A stretch of 64,000 bases of DNA from Candidatus Wolfebacteria bacterium (GCA_024654025.1 JANLIR010000002.1:168959-232958), one strand, 5' to 3'. Counted from the first letter of the stretch, positions 44,100-54,871 are shown. Notes: generated by a model from the letters alone, not told the origin. Made by a program: numbers and translations.

Positions 44100-45722
44100 A
44101 TGATAAAAGAAAGAATCAAGAAAATTATCAAAGACGCTGTTGGAGAGGAAGCCGAGATTTTTGTACCGGAAAATGAAAAATTCGGACATTACTCGACTAA
44201 TGTTGCTTTGAGATTGGCAAAAGAAAAAAGCAAAAAACCGATGGCGATTGCGGAGGACATAAAAGATAAAATATTATCCTTCGATAAACTCAGGACCTTC
44301 GGTAAAATCGAAATTGCTTCGCCAGGATTTATCAATTTTTGGATTTCAGAAAAAACTTTACAAAACGAATTAAAAGAAATTTTAAAAAAGAAAAATTCTT
44401 ATGGTAAAGCGTCAAGTGTCAAGCGTAAAATGGGAAGCATTCAAGTAGAGTTTATTTCCGCCAATCCGACCGGACCTTTAACAATCGGAAACGGAAGAGG
44501 CGGGTTTTTTGGAGATGTTTTGGCGAATATTTTGAAATTTTCCGGAAATAAAATTATCAAAGAGTATTATGTTAACGACGCTAAAAACAGCACGCAAATA
44601 AGGGAATTGGGTAAAACCGGGCTTGGTCTGGGGGAAACTTATTTAACTCCCGGATTAAAAAAAATAATCAAAAAATTAAAGTCGAAGATTAGTAATGTAA
44701 TCCTTCGTTGCGCTCAGGATGCTCCGCAAAGCGTCGCAGGCGAAGTCGGCTATTTGTTGGCAGGCGAAATAAATAAACAAAACAAGAAATTTGTTGAGAA
44801 AGTTTTAAAAATCAAATTCGACAAATGGTTTTCCGAAGAATCTTTGTATAAAAGCGGAGCGGTAAAAAAACTTTTAAGCGATTTGAAGAAGAAAAATTTA
44901 GTTTATGAAAAAGAAGGCGCCTCGTGGTTTAAAGCAAAACAATTTGGCGACACCGAGGACCGCGTGCTTATAAGAAGTTCGGGCGAGCCGACTTATATTG
45001 TGCCTGACCTTGCTTATCACGCGGATAAATTTAAAAAAAGAAAATTTTCTAAAGCCATTGATGTTTGGGGAGCGGATCATCATGGCTATATTCCTCGGCT
45101 CAAAGCCGGATTAAAATCGCTTGGAATTTCCGAAGACCGGTTGAAGATTGTTATTGCTCAGATGGTTCGGCTTGTTAAAAATGGCCAGGAATACAAAATG
45201 TCCAAAAGAAAAGGAGATTACGTGACAATGGAGGATTTAATAAAAGAAGTTGGGCTCGACGCGGCAAGATTTTTCTTTTTAATGAGCGCGCCGGACACTC
45301 ATATGAATTTTGACCTTGATCTGGCAAAAGAGCGTTCAATGAAAAATCCAGTTTATTACGCGCAGTACGCGGCAGTTAGGGCGAACAGTATTCTGCAAAA
45401 AAATAAAAAACTTAAAAACTTAAAAACTAAAAGCAACCCAAATTTAAATTTATTAAGTACGAAAGAGGATGTAAATTTAATGAAAATACTGGCGAGATTT
45501 CCGGAAATTGTCGAAGAAGCGGCCCAAAATTACAACCCGCAAATTTTAGTCAGATATTCAATTGACCTGGCAAGGCAATTTCACAATTTTTACGAGAAAG
45601 AACATGTCATAGGCGAGCGGGCGGATTTGATGTCGGCGCGATTAGAACTTATAAAAGCCACCAAAATAATTTTTGAAATTTTGTTCAAGCTTTTGGGGAT
45701 TAGCTATTCAAGAAAGATGTAA
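44100..45722 (+). CDS. argS: Arginine--tRNA ligase
   Basis: 540 aa. Class I core (SANPTGPLTIGNGRGG), KMSKRKG (KMSK) motif, C-terminal DALR anticodon-binding domain. Confidence 0.85.
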   Translation: MIKERIKKIIKDAVGEEAEIFVPENEKFGHYSTNVALRLAKEKSKKPMAIAEDIKDKILSFDKLRTFGKIEIASPGFINFWISEKTLQNELKEILKKKNSYGKASSVKRKMGSIQVEFISANPTGPLTIGNGRGGFFGDVLANILKFSGNKIIKEYYVNDAKNSTQIRELGKTGLGLGETYLTPGLKKIIKKLKSKISNVILRCAQDAPQSVAGEVGYLLAGEINKQNKKFVEKVLKIKFDKWFSEESLYKSGAVKKLLSDLKKKNLVYEKEGASWFKAKQFGDTEDRVLIRSSGEPTYIVPDLAYHADKFKKRKFSKAIDVWGADHHGYIPRLKAGLKSLGISEDRLKIVIAQMVRLVKNGQEYKMSKRKGDYVTMEDLIKEVGLDAARFFFLMSAPDTHMNFDLDLAKERSMKNPVYYAQYAAVRANSILQKNKKLKNLKTKSNPNLNLLSTKEDVNLMKILARFPEIVEEAAQNYNPQILVRYSIDLARQFHNFYEKEHVIGERADLMSARLELIKATKIIFEILFKLLGISYSRKM

Positions 45723-45814
45723 TATTAACATTTTAAGTTTCTCCCTAGTCTTCGGACACTATGTCTTGTTTTTATTGTTTGAGATTTTTTAAGTTTTAGT
45801 TTATATAATTATGT

Positions 45815-46654
45815 ATGCAAGCTATCAACGGGAAAGAAATTGCCCAAAAAATAATAGAAAATTTAAAAAATAAGCCAAAACCGGAAAAAATTTTGGCGGT
45901 AATTAAAGTTGGCGAAAACCCGGCATCAGAAAGTTTTATAAAGCAAAAAGAAAAAGTCGCCAAAGAATTGAAGGTGGATTTTCGGCTTTACGATCTTAAT
46001 GAGAATATCTCGCAAGATGATTTGAGAAAAGAAGTTGTTAAACTCGCTAATTTAAAAAAAGTAGGCGGAATAATTATTCAACTTCCTTTGCCAAAGCACA
46101 TAAATAATCAATACGTTTTAAACGTGATTCCGCGCGAAAAAGACATTGATGTTTTGGGCGAGCGATCTTTGGGCGCATTTTACGCCGGCCGTAATCCGGT
46201 TTTGCCGCCTTCAGTTGCCACAGTTGAAGAATTGTTGCGAGCTACAAGCTACAAGTTGCAAGTTGTAAAAGTTGCCGTTGTCGGTCTTGGCCAATTAGTG
46301 GGCAAACCAATTGCGGTGTGGCTGATAAAAAAATGTAAAGAACTTTATTTATTGGACCAAGGAAGCGACTTGGGAATATTAAAACAGGCGGATTTAGTGA
46401 TTTTAGGGGTTGGTAAAGCGGAAATTATAAGGCCGGATATGTTAAAGGAAAGCGCTTCAGTTATAGATTTCGGTTATGAAAGAAGCGAAGGACAAACAGG
46501 CGCTATTTCGGGAGATTTTGACGCCTCAGCGTTATTGGCTAGTGGCTATTCATTAATGACTGGGTTTTATACCCGTACTCCCGGCGGTACCGGTCCTGTG
46601 CTGGTGGCGAAAATTTTCGAAAACTTTTATACTTTGAACAATGAAAATGAATAG
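45815..46654 (+). CDS. folD: Bifunctional methylenetetrahydrofolate dehydrogenase/cyclohydrolase
   Basis: 279 aa; GIIIQLPLPKHIN, VVGLGQLVGKPIAVWL, PGGTGPVLVAKIFEN. Confidence 0.85.
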   Translation: MQAINGKEIAQKIIENLKNKPKPEKILAVIKVGENPASESFIKQKEKVAKELKVDFRLYDLNENISQDDLRKEVVKLANLKKVGGIIIQLPLPKHINNQYVLNVIPREKDIDVLGERSLGAFYAGRNPVLPPSVATVEELLRATSYKLQVVKVAVVGLGQLVGKPIAVWLIKKCKELYLLDQGSDLGILKQADLVILGVGKAEIIRPDMLKESASVIDFGYERSEGQTGAISGDFDASALLASGYSLMTGFYTRTPGGTGPVLVAKIFENFYTLNNENE

Positions 46655-47558
46655 GAAGGTGGTGGTTATTTTTATATTGCTAGTGGTAGTAATAGTCGCG
46701 GTTTTTTCGTTGAGGTTCCAGCGAACATTTTTTGTTTTCTCCAGCGGCAACGGAAATAAGGACGCTAGCGAGGGCATTAATTTTTTAGTTCTCGGAAAAA
46801 CCGGCAAAGTAATCGGCTGGAACTTCGCGCCCGATTTGGCTGATTCGATTTTTTTGGTCAATTATGTCCCAAAAATCGGGGTGGTCAATTTGATATCATT
46901 GCCGCGAGATCTTTACGTCAATATTGGCAATGAGCAATTCAAATTGAATGAAATTATCAAGAGAAACAAGATAAATGAATTCTTAAAAGGCAATTTAGTT
47001 GAAATGACAGGAATAAAAACTGACCGCTATGTCGTAATCGACGTTGATTTTGTAAAACAGGTTGTCGATGATTTGGGCGGTATTGAAGTGAATTTGCCGT
47101 CGCCCGCGATTGATTGGGCGAGCGGATATACAATGCCGACCGGCAACCGCCATTTGACCGGAGAAGACGTTGTTTGGCTGGTCAGAAACCGGTATTCTTC
47201 CGAGGGTGATTTTTTCAGGGAGAAAAACCAGCACGCTGTCATAAAATCAATTTTCGAAAAATATAAAAATTTAGGATATTTTGAAAAAGCCAAATTCGTT
47301 TTTAAAGCATTGCCCTTGCTCGCTCAGCTTGAGGGCAATATAAACGTGCAGGAATTTTTAACACCGGCATTTAATGTGAGCAATTTAAGATTCAACGATA
47401 TTGTTTTTGATTTTTCCACGGAGATTCTTCAAAGTTCCGGAGTGGTCGTGCCTGTCGGGACATCAAGCACTTCAACCGCGTATATATTGGTTCCTCGAGC
47501 CGGGCAAAACAATTACAGCGAATTAAAAGATTTCATCCAAAGCAAAATAGAGCGCTAA
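46641..47558 (+). CDS. LytR/CpsA/Psr (LCP) family cell-envelope protein
   Basis: 305 aa. N-terminal TM anchor and LCP core (DSIFLVNYVP…LISLPRDLYV…). Confidence 0.7.
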   Translation: MKMNRKVVVIFILLVVVIVAVFSLRFQRTFFVFSSGNGNKDASEGINFLVLGKTGKVIGWNFAPDLADSIFLVNYVPKIGVVNLISLPRDLYVNIGNEQFKLNEIIKRNKINEFLKGNLVEMTGIKTDRYVVIDVDFVKQVVDDLGGIEVNLPSPAIDWASGYTMPTGNRHLTGEDVVWLVRNRYSSEGDFFREKNQHAVIKSIFEKYKNLGYFEKAKFVFKALPLLAQLEGNINVQEFLTPAFNVSNLRFNDIVFDFSTEILQSSGVVVPVGTSSTSTAYILVPRAGQNNYSELKDFIQSKIER

Positions 47559-47587
47559 AACAGGGTTTAGGGTATAGCCACTAGGGT

Positions 47588-48130
47588 TTAGTGGAAAATT
47601 TCTCGGGAAGCTTTTTCAAAAACAGAACTTATTTTTTTCAGGTCTTCGTTGGAAATTTTTCTAAGTACGAGGTCTCCGGCTTTTTTCCTGCCTCTTAATT
47701 TAACAAGTAATCCTGTTTTTGTACCGTTTATTCCTATTCTTAACCGCCAGAATTTTTGAGTCTTTAACGCATGAATAATAGATTCTACTCCTTTGTGTCC
47801 CGCGCTTGACCGATTAAATTGTAATTTGTATTTTCCCAGTTCAATATCTGCGTCATCGTGGATTATTAAAATTTGTTCCGGTCTAATAGCGCTTTTTTGG
47901 GAAAAATATTTAATCGCCTCCGAAACCGCTTTGCCGGACTCGTTCATAAAAACCGATGATTTAATAATAACAACTTCGCCTTCTTTGAAGTATTCGAAAT
48001 TTTTACTTCTTTTCCATTGGACTCCCGTTTTATTGTTTAGAAAATCGGCAAATAAAAAACCAACATTGTGAAAAGTTTTTTCGTATTCTTTGTCGGGATT
48101 TCCCAATCCGATTGTTAATTTGACATTCAT
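47588..48130 (-). CDS. pth: Peptidyl-tRNA hydrolase
   Basis: 180 aa; LTIGLGNPDKEYEKTFHNVGF…LIIHDDADIELGKYKLQFNRSSAGHKG. Confidence 0.85.
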   Translation of the reverse strand: MNVKLTIGLGNPDKEYEKTFHNVGFLFADFLNNKTGVQWKRSKNFEYFKEGEVVIIKSSVFMNESGKAVSEAIKYFSQKSAIRPEQILIIHDDADIELGKYKLQFNRSSAGHKGVESIIHALKTQKFWRLRIGINGTKTGLLVKLRGRKKAGDLVLRKISNEDLKKISSVFEKASREIFH

Positions 48131-48189
48131 ATCTCCTAATATTAGAATGTAAGCGACATTTTTTCAATTTACCCCTATTTTTAAAAAAC

Positions 48190-48738
48190 ATGAAATCATT
48201 CCTCCTCGCCTTAAAAGAAATATTGGAAATTGTTTTAATCGCTGTTTTGGCGGTCGGTGGAGTTCGGTATTTCCTTATCCAGCCATTTTTAGTCAATGGC
48301 TCCAGCATGGAACCTAATTTTGAAAGCGGAGATTATATTCTCATAAATGAAATATCATACCGTTTTCGCGAGCCTCAAAGAGGCGAAGTTATTGTTTTTC
48401 ATTATCCTAATAACGAAAAGACATATTTCATAAAAAGAGTAATAGGTCTTCCCCAGGAGCGCGTAGTTATTAAAAACGGTGAAGTAAAGATATTTAACAG
48501 CTCTAACGCCAAAGGGTTTGTTATTAAAGAAAGTTACCTGCCATCGATAGAAAAAACTAGCGGTGATATAGACAAGACTCTAGGAAGTGATGAGTATTTT
48601 GTTATGGGAGATAACAGAGGCTTTAGTTTTGATTCCCGACAATGGGGCACTCTTAAAAAAGGCGAAATAGTCGGTATTGCGTGGTTAAGATTATGGCCGC
48701 TTGATAAGGCCAAAGCTTTTGAAAGTCCGGCTTATTAA
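48190..48738 (+). CDS. lepB: Signal peptidase I
   Basis: 182 aa. Catalytic Ser box VNGSSMEPNF and Lys box (GDNRGFSFDSRQWG). Confidence 0.8.
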   Translation: MKSFLLALKEILEIVLIAVLAVGGVRYFLIQPFLVNGSSMEPNFESGDYILINEISYRFREPQRGEVIVFHYPNNEKTYFIKRVIGLPQERVVIKNGEVKIFNSSNAKGFVIKESYLPSIEKTSGDIDKTLGSDEYFVMGDNRGFSFDSRQWGTLKKGEIVGIAWLRLWPLDKAKAFESPAY

Positions 48739-48742
48739 ATAA

Positions 48743-50074
48743 ATGTCAAAAACTTCCAAAAAAGAAAACAAAAAAGAAAAAAGGGTGAAAAAGGTCAGAC
48801 AACTTCCCCAATCTCCAAAAGGAATGCACGATATATTGCCTGAGGACCAGCCTCTTTGGGAAAGAATCAGAAACAAAGCAAGAAGCATTGCCGGTCTTTA
48901 TAGTTTTTCTCGAATCGACACCCACATCGTGGAGAAAGCCGAAATTTTTGAGCGCGGCGTTGGCCAAGAATCGGAGATTGTCCAAAAGCAAATGTTTTAT
49001 ATAAAAACCCCTGCCCGCTCGGCAGGCGGGAAAGACGACGATAAGCTGGCTTTGCAGCCCGAAGGCACCGCTTCGGTAATGAGATCATATTTTGAAAACG
49101 GTTTAAGTCGCATGGGTCAGCCTGTCAAGCTTTATTACGAAGCGCCAATGTTCCGTTACGAACAGCCGCAGCAAGCGAGGTTTAGGCAGTTTTACCAATT
49201 TGGGATAGAAATTTTAGGCGGCGAGAGCGAACCGGCTTATGACGCTCAAGCCATGCTTATTCCTTATAAAATATTGGAAAGTTTAAAAGTAAAAAATATC
49301 ACCATTAAAATAAATAGCATCGGTTGCCATAATTGCCGCGGCAATTTTTTGAAAAAACTCCAGCAGTATTATAAAAGACATCAAAAAGATACTTGCAAAG
49401 ATTGCGAAAAAAGAATCAGCTCTAATCCGATGCGCCTCTTGGATTGTAAAAACGAAAAATGCCAGCCCATTAAAGCCGGAGCGCCGGTAATTTTGGATTT
49501 TTTATGCAGCCAGTGCAAAGCGCATTTTAAAAAAGTTATGGAATTCGCCGATGAATTAAAATTGCCTTATGTAATCGACCATCTTTTGGTTCGAGGCCTT
49601 GATTATTACAACCGCACGGTGTTCGAAATTTTCAGTGAAAAAGCTCCGTTCGCTTTGGTAGCCGGAGGAAGATACGATTATTTGTCGGAAATGCTCGGGC
49701 AAGGGAGAATCGCCGCTGTGGGAAGCAGTATTGGTTTAAACAGGGTTGCGGGAGTTTTAAAAGAGGAGGTGAAAGGGGTTTTAAGGAGCCAGCCGAAAGT
49801 TTTTTTGATTCATCTTGGCGATGCGGCAAAAAAGAAAGGCCTTAGTTTAATCCAAAAACTAGTAGAAGAAGGGATAAGTATCGGAGAGTCTTTCGGCAGG
49901 GAATCATTAAAGTCCCAGCTTCGGATGGCTGACAAGGAAAAAGCGCTTTTAGCGTTAATTATCGGGCAAAAAGAAGTTTTTGAAGAAAGCGTGATTGTCC
50001 GCGATATGACTAGCGGCGTTCAGGAAACGATTCCTTTAACCAAAATTATCGAGGACATTAAAAAGAGAACATAA
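48743..50074 (+). CDS. hisS: Histidine--tRNA ligase
   Basis: 443 aa. Class II motifs (KGMHDILP, FRYEQPQQARFRQFYQFGIE, GGRYD) and C-terminal anticodon-binding domain. Basic low-complexity N-terminus. Confidence 0.85.
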   Translation: MSKTSKKENKKEKRVKKVRQLPQSPKGMHDILPEDQPLWERIRNKARSIAGLYSFSRIDTHIVEKAEIFERGVGQESEIVQKQMFYIKTPARSAGGKDDDKLALQPEGTASVMRSYFENGLSRMGQPVKLYYEAPMFRYEQPQQARFRQFYQFGIEILGGESEPAYDAQAMLIPYKILESLKVKNITIKINSIGCHNCRGNFLKKLQQYYKRHQKDTCKDCEKRISSNPMRLLDCKNEKCQPIKAGAPVILDFLCSQCKAHFKKVMEFADELKLPYVIDHLLVRGLDYYNRTVFEIFSEKAPFALVAGGRYDYLSEMLGQGRIAAVGSSIGLNRVAGVLKEEVKGVLRSQPKVFLIHLGDAAKKKGLSLIQKLVEEGISIGESFGRESLKSQLRMADKEKALLALIIGQKEVFEESVIVRDMTSGVQETIPLTKIIEDIKKRT

Positions 50075-50078
50075 GTTT

Positions 50079-50489
50079 ATGGAGTGCGTTTTTTGCAAAA
50101 TAATCAATAAGGAGATAGGGTCGGAGATTGTTTATGAGGATGAAAATGCAGTTGGTGTTTTGGATATTCATCCTCGTTCGCCCGGCCACGTTATGGCGCT
50201 TCCAAAATTTCACTCCGAAAATATTTTGGATTTGCCCGATGGGGAAATAGCGGGAGTTTTTTTGGCTGTTAAAAAAATAACGGGTATTTTGAAAAAAACT
50301 TTTAACCCTGACGGATTTACCATAGGCATTAATCACGGCAAAGCCAGCGGACAGGCAGTTGATCATCTTCATATTCATATAATGCCTAGATGGCATGGCG
50401 ACGGAGGTGGTTCTATTCATAACGTAGTTAATAATCCTACGGAAAATTCTTTAGGAGAAATCGCCAGTAAAATACGAAAAAATAGTTGA
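50079..50489 (+). CDS. HIT-family (histidine triad) hydrolase
   Basis: 136 aa; CVFCKIINKE…HLHIHIMPR histidine triad. Confidence 0.8.
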   Translation: MECVFCKIINKEIGSEIVYEDENAVGVLDIHPRSPGHVMALPKFHSENILDLPDGEIAGVFLAVKKITGILKKTFNPDGFTIGINHGKASGQAVDHLHIHIMPRWHGDGGGSIHNVVNNPTENSLGEIASKIRKNS

Positions 50490-50573
50490 TTGATTTTTTG
50501 TTTGACATAATTTTTTTTATCTGCTAATTTTATCATCATTAACTAATTAATTATAAGCTATCGGCTATCCACT

Positions 50574-50789
50574 ATGGCTATTTCAGTAAAAAGAAGAGAA
50601 GGGGAATCGGCAAGCTCGTTTTTGTACCGGTTCACCAAAAAAATGCAGCAAAGCGGAGTTTTGCGCGAAGCCAAAAAAAGAAGGTTTACGCATAGAAATA
50701 TAAATAAAAACAAAAGGAAGGCCTCGGCTTTGTATAAGTCCCAAAAAATGAAGGAAGTTTTGGCCGCGAAAAAACTGGGGAAGTTTTAG
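50574..50789 (+). CDS. rpsU: 30S ribosomal protein S21
   Basis: 71 aa, very basic; …RFTKKMQQSGVLREAKKRRFTHRNI… is S21-like. Confidence 0.75.
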   Translation: MAISVKRREGESASSFLYRFTKKMQQSGVLREAKKRRFTHRNINKNKRKASALYKSQKMKEVLAAKKLGKF

Positions 50790-50919
50790 TAGTATCGCGA
50801 AGCCCTTGGGCGAAGCTTATATCGCGCCGAAGGCGCATTTATCAATAAATATCGACAAGGATACTTATAGATATATGTGGATATTTGCTCGCTAACACTC
50901 GCGATATTAATTTTGAATT

Positions 50920-51378
50920 ATGCTTCTCAACAAATTAAACGAGGATTTAAAAATAGCGCTCAAAGGAAGGGATAGTTTCAAAACCGGTGTAATTCGGATG
51001 GTTTTGGCTTCGGTTAAAAACAAGGAAATAGAAAAAAGAGGTAAGGGTCAGGAGCCAGTCTTGGCCGAAGAAGAACTGGTCGATTTGTTGATGAAAGAAG
51101 CGAAAAAAAGAAAAGAATCCGCCGATATTTATAAACAAGGAAATAGAAATGATCTGGCGCAAAAAGAAGAAGAAGAATTTGAATTTATTAAAAATTATTT
51201 GCCCGAGCAGCTAGGCGAGGAAGAAATAGAAAAAATTGTTAAAGTTGCTATAGAAAAAACCAACGCCAAAGAAATTAAAGACATAGGGCGCGTTATGGCC
51301 GAAGCCATGAAAGAATTAAAAGGCAAAGCCCAGCCGGGCGCAGTTAGCGAAATAATTAAAAAACTGCTAACCAATTAA
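50920..51378 (+). CDS. GatB/YqeY-domain protein
   Basis: 152 aa; LNEDLKIALKGRDSFKTGVIRMVLASVKNKEIE…NYLPEQL pattern of the YqeY family. Confidence 0.7.
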   Translation: MLLNKLNEDLKIALKGRDSFKTGVIRMVLASVKNKEIEKRGKGQEPVLAEEELVDLLMKEAKKRKESADIYKQGNRNDLAQKEEEEFEFIKNYLPEQLGEEEIEKIVKVAIEKTNAKEIKDIGRVMAEAMKELKGKAQPGAVSEIIKKLLTN

Positions 51379-51392
51379 TTTTTAAAACCTTA

Positions 51393-51851
51393 TTGGCTAG
51401 TGGCTATTCACAAATGACTATTTTTATAGGCGCGGATCATCGGGGGTTTAAAATAAAGGAGGCGTTGAAGCCGTATTTGAAAGAATTGGGGCTTGAAGTT
51501 GTTGATTTAGGAAACGACCATTTTGATGAAAATGATGATTATCCGGATTTTGCTAACGCGGTGGCGGGAAAAGTTTCTAAAAATCCCGAAACCGACAAAG
51601 GAATTTTAATTTGCGGTTCGGGAATCGGAATGAGCATCGCGGCAAATAAATTCGAAAACGTTCGCGCCGCCCAAGCAGATAAAATTGAAGAAGCGATATT
51701 GTCAAGAAAAGATAATGACGCTAATGTTTTGTCTCTTTCGGGGAACTCTCTTTCGGAGCAAGAGATAAAAGAAATAGTGAGGGCTTGGCTTGAAACCCCG
51801 TTTTCTAAAGAAGAAAGGCATGAAAGAAGAATAAAAAAAATAATCCCTTAA
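51393..51851 (+). CDS. rpiB: Ribose-5-phosphate isomerase B
   Basis: 152 aa; IFIGADHRGFKIKE…GILICGSGIGMSIAANK. Confidence 0.8.
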   Translation: MASGYSQMTIFIGADHRGFKIKEALKPYLKELGLEVVDLGNDHFDENDDYPDFANAVAGKVSKNPETDKGILICGSGIGMSIAANKFENVRAAQADKIEEAILSRKDNDANVLSLSGNSLSEQEIKEIVRAWLETPFSKEERHERRIKKIIP

Positions 51852-51858
51852 ACTGGGA

Positions 51859-52869
51859 TTATTTTTTTAGTCCGGTTGCTTTTTTTACCTCCTCTAGTTT
51901 TTTGTTCGCAATCGCCTCCGCTTTTTTATTTCCAACTGCCATTAATTTTTCTATTTTCCTGATATTTTTGGAAAGCAGATTTTTCTTTTTCTGAAATACC
52001 ATAAAATAATCGATTATCACGTTTGATAAATCTTTTTTAAATTGGCCGTAAGATTTATTTTCGTATTTTTTTTCAATTTTCTTCATCGGCAAACCGCTCA
52101 AGTTTTTGTAAATTCTGAGCAGATTGGAAATCGCCGGTTTTGATTCGGGCAGGTATTTTATTTCTTTTCCGGAATCGGTCACAGCCCGTTTTATTTTCTC
52201 CGTCATAATCTGCGGCGAGTCGTCTAAAAATAAACATCCTTCGGGCATTGATTTGGACATTTTTTTATTTGGGTTGTCCAAGCTCATTATTTTCGGTGTC
52301 TCGGTTAAAAGCGGTTTTGGTTCAATAAAGACCTTGCCGCCTGCCCGCCCGTCTGGCGGGAATTTTTTATTGAATTTTCGCGCCAATGTTCTCGTTAATT
52401 CCAAGTGCTGGAGTTGGTCTTCGCCAACAGGAACAAATTCGGCGTCGTAAAGCAAAATATCAGAGGCCATTAAAACCGGATAATCAAATAACCCGACATT
52501 TATATTTTCTCGCTGGTGTTCGGATTTATCTTTGAACTGCGTCATTCTTTTTAATTCTCCAAACGGCGTAACGGTGTTTAAAATCCAGGCGGTTTCGCTG
52601 TGAGCCGGTATTTTCGACTGGATAAAGATTGTCGATTTTTCGGCGTTTAGTCCCGCTGAAAGATAATCAAGAACCAAATTCAAAACTTGCCCCGGTTTTT
52701 CTTTCGGGTCGTAACTTTCGGTTATAGAATGAAGGTCGGCAACAAAAAAGTAGCATTTGTATCGGCCTGAATTTTGCAGGTCAACAAAATTTTTTAAAGC
52801 CCCTAAATAATTTCCTATGTGAAGTTTCCCTGTCGGCTGGATTCCTGAAATTAAAATCGGTTTGGACAT
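51859..52869 (-). CDS. trpS: Tryptophan--tRNA ligase
   Basis: 336 aa. Class I HIGH-like (GIQPTGKLHIGNYLGA) and KMSKS motifs. Confidence 0.85.
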   Translation of the reverse strand: MSKPILISGIQPTGKLHIGNYLGALKNFVDLQNSGRYKCYFFVADLHSITESYDPKEKPGQVLNLVLDYLSAGLNAEKSTIFIQSKIPAHSETAWILNTVTPFGELKRMTQFKDKSEHQRENINVGLFDYPVLMASDILLYDAEFVPVGEDQLQHLELTRTLARKFNKKFPPDGRAGGKVFIEPKPLLTETPKIMSLDNPNKKMSKSMPEGCLFLDDSPQIMTEKIKRAVTDSGKEIKYLPESKPAISNLLRIYKNLSGLPMKKIEKKYENKSYGQFKKDLSNVIIDYFMVFQKKKNLLSKNIRKIEKLMAVGNKKAEAIANKKLEEVKKATGLKK

Positions 52870-52873
52870 AAGT

Positions 52874-54706
52874 TTAAACCTCTATTACTACAGGCAGCAC
52901 CATCGGCCGCCTTTTTGTTTTATTATACAAAAATTGGCCGATTTGATCACGTATCAATGATTTTAAATAATCCGACTCAATTGCTTGGCGTTTTGGCATT
53001 CTGGTAACGATGCCTTTTATTTTATTTCTAAGTTCTTCTATCAGTTCTTTATTTTCATTGAGATAAATAAATCCTCGCGATATAATGTCCGGATTTTTCA
53101 AAAACCTCCCGCTTTTTCGGTCCAATGTGGCGATAATCACAACCATGCCTTCTTGGGCCAGAAGCCGCCGGTCGCGCATAACTATTTCTCCGACATCGCC
53201 GACACCTAATCCGTCAACCATTATGTAAAATGCCGGCACGGCTTCCTCTGTTGCTTTTGCGTGGTTTTTTGTAAATTTCACGATTTGGCCGTTGTCCACG
53301 AGCAGAGTGTTTTCTTTTGGCAAGCCGACTTCCTGCGCCAACTCAGCATTGATGGATCGCATAAAATAATTGCCATGGATCGGCAAATAATAATTCGGTT
53401 TTACCAGTTTGATGATTTGTTTTAATTCATCGCCGGTTGCGTGTCCCGAAGCATGGAGGTCTACAATTTTCGAATGGTAAACTTTGGCGCCTTGCCTGGT
53501 TAAATTATCTTTAAGCGATTGGACTTGTCGCTCGTTTCCCGGAATAACCGAAGAAGAAAAAATAACCGTGTCTCCAGGCTTAATTTGCAATTGACGGTGC
53601 TCTCCCGTAACAACTTTCATTAAGCTGGCGCTTGGTTCTCCTTGGGCGCCGGTGGATAATACCAAAATTTTATCGTCTTTATATTTATGCAATTCATCCA
53701 AGGAGAGAAGAGTCCCTTTTTTAATTTTTATATATCCAAGATTTTGGGATATCTGAATATTTGTTTTCATTGATAGGCCGGAAATAAAAACTTTACGGTC
53801 GTATTTCTCGGCTATTTTTATTATTTCAGCTAAGCGGGTGAGCATTGACGCGAATGTCCCGATAATTAACCGTCCTTTTGTTTTTTTAAAAATATCTTCT
53901 ATATTTTTTTCCACCAATTTTTCAGACGCTGATAATCCCGGCACTTCGGCGTTGGTGCTTTCTAAAAATAAAGTGTGGATTCCTTTTTGGGAAACCCATT
54001 TAAACTCATCAAGTCCAAGGGTATTTCCTTTTTCGTCGTAATCAAATTTAACGTCCGTGCAGTAAACAAAATTTCCAACAGGGGTTTTTATTAAGGCGCT
54101 TACGATGTCGGGAATGCTATGGATAATCCCGAAAAATTCTATTTCAATATTGTCGGATATTTTAATTATGTCGTGGTTTTTAATTACTTCAAAATAAAGC
54201 TTCGGCGAATTAGAAAAATCTTCCTGGCGTTTTAAAATTATCGCTTTTGTCAGAGCGGTCGTGTAAATAACGGGGTTGCCTAATTTTTCCATTATGTAAG
54301 GGATAGCGCCGATATGGTCATAGTGGGCATGAGTGATTATGAGAGCTTTAATTTTACGTTTATTGATTTCCAGATATTCCACGTTTGGGATTATATAATC
54401 AATGCCAGGCGTGTCTTCTTCCGGAAACTGCAGTCCCGCGTCAATAATAACAATCTCATTTTTATATTCAAAAAAGCTCATATTGCGGCCGATTTCTTCA
54501 AGACCGCCGAGCGCGGCAAATCGCACCGTATTTTCCTTTTCCGCCTCATCCTCTTTTTTATTGGGCATCTCGATAAAGTCTTCCGGGTCGTCAACAATTT
54601 TACGTTTCATGGGTTGAAACCTTTGTTTTATTGTTCCGCGGCTGTTTTCCTGCCTGTTTAGCGGAGTTCTTATATCGGATGGTTTGTTTGTTCTTTTTCT
54701 GATCAT
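52874..54706 (-). CDS. rnj: Ribonuclease J (beta-CASP metallo-beta-lactamase RNase)
   Basis: 610 aa; ITHAHYDHIGAIPY (HxHxDH), beta-CASP and C-terminal domain. Basic N-terminal extension. Confidence 0.85.
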   Translation of the reverse strand: MIRKRTNKPSDIRTPLNRQENSRGTIKQRFQPMKRKIVDDPEDFIEMPNKKEDEAEKENTVRFAALGGLEEIGRNMSFFEYKNEIVIIDAGLQFPEEDTPGIDYIIPNVEYLEINKRKIKALIITHAHYDHIGAIPYIMEKLGNPVIYTTALTKAIILKRQEDFSNSPKLYFEVIKNHDIIKISDNIEIEFFGIIHSIPDIVSALIKTPVGNFVYCTDVKFDYDEKGNTLGLDEFKWVSQKGIHTLFLESTNAEVPGLSASEKLVEKNIEDIFKKTKGRLIIGTFASMLTRLAEIIKIAEKYDRKVFISGLSMKTNIQISQNLGYIKIKKGTLLSLDELHKYKDDKILVLSTGAQGEPSASLMKVVTGEHRQLQIKPGDTVIFSSSVIPGNERQVQSLKDNLTRQGAKVYHSKIVDLHASGHATGDELKQIIKLVKPNYYLPIHGNYFMRSINAELAQEVGLPKENTLLVDNGQIVKFTKNHAKATEEAVPAFYIMVDGLGVGDVGEIVMRDRRLLAQEGMVVIIATLDRKSGRFLKNPDIISRGFIYLNENKELIEELRNKIKGIVTRMPKRQAIESDYLKSLIRDQIGQFLYNKTKRRPMVLPVVIEV

Positions 54707-54787
54707 TTTGTTATTACAACTTCGATTATTTTTTGGGTTAATTCTCGAAATTGATGATTAATTAATATTTTTTTACTTTCATTTATG

Positions 54788-54871
54788 TGGGCGAGAGAGG
54801 ATTTGAACCTCCACAACCTTACGGTTACATGGCCCTGAACCATGCGCGTCTGCCGATTCCGCCACTCGCCC
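54788..54871 (-). tRNA. tRNA-Leu (anticodon CAG), class II
   Basis: Acceptor GGGCGAG/CTCGCCC; anticodon arm CATGG-TTCAGGG-CCATG; long variable arm; T-loop TTCAAAT. Confidence 0.8.

Noticed and set aside
43980-44100. T-box leader upstream of argS (and of hisS and trpS)
   Set aside because: No T-box consensus (AATTAGGGTGGNACCGCG-like) or specifier or antiterminator structure visible.
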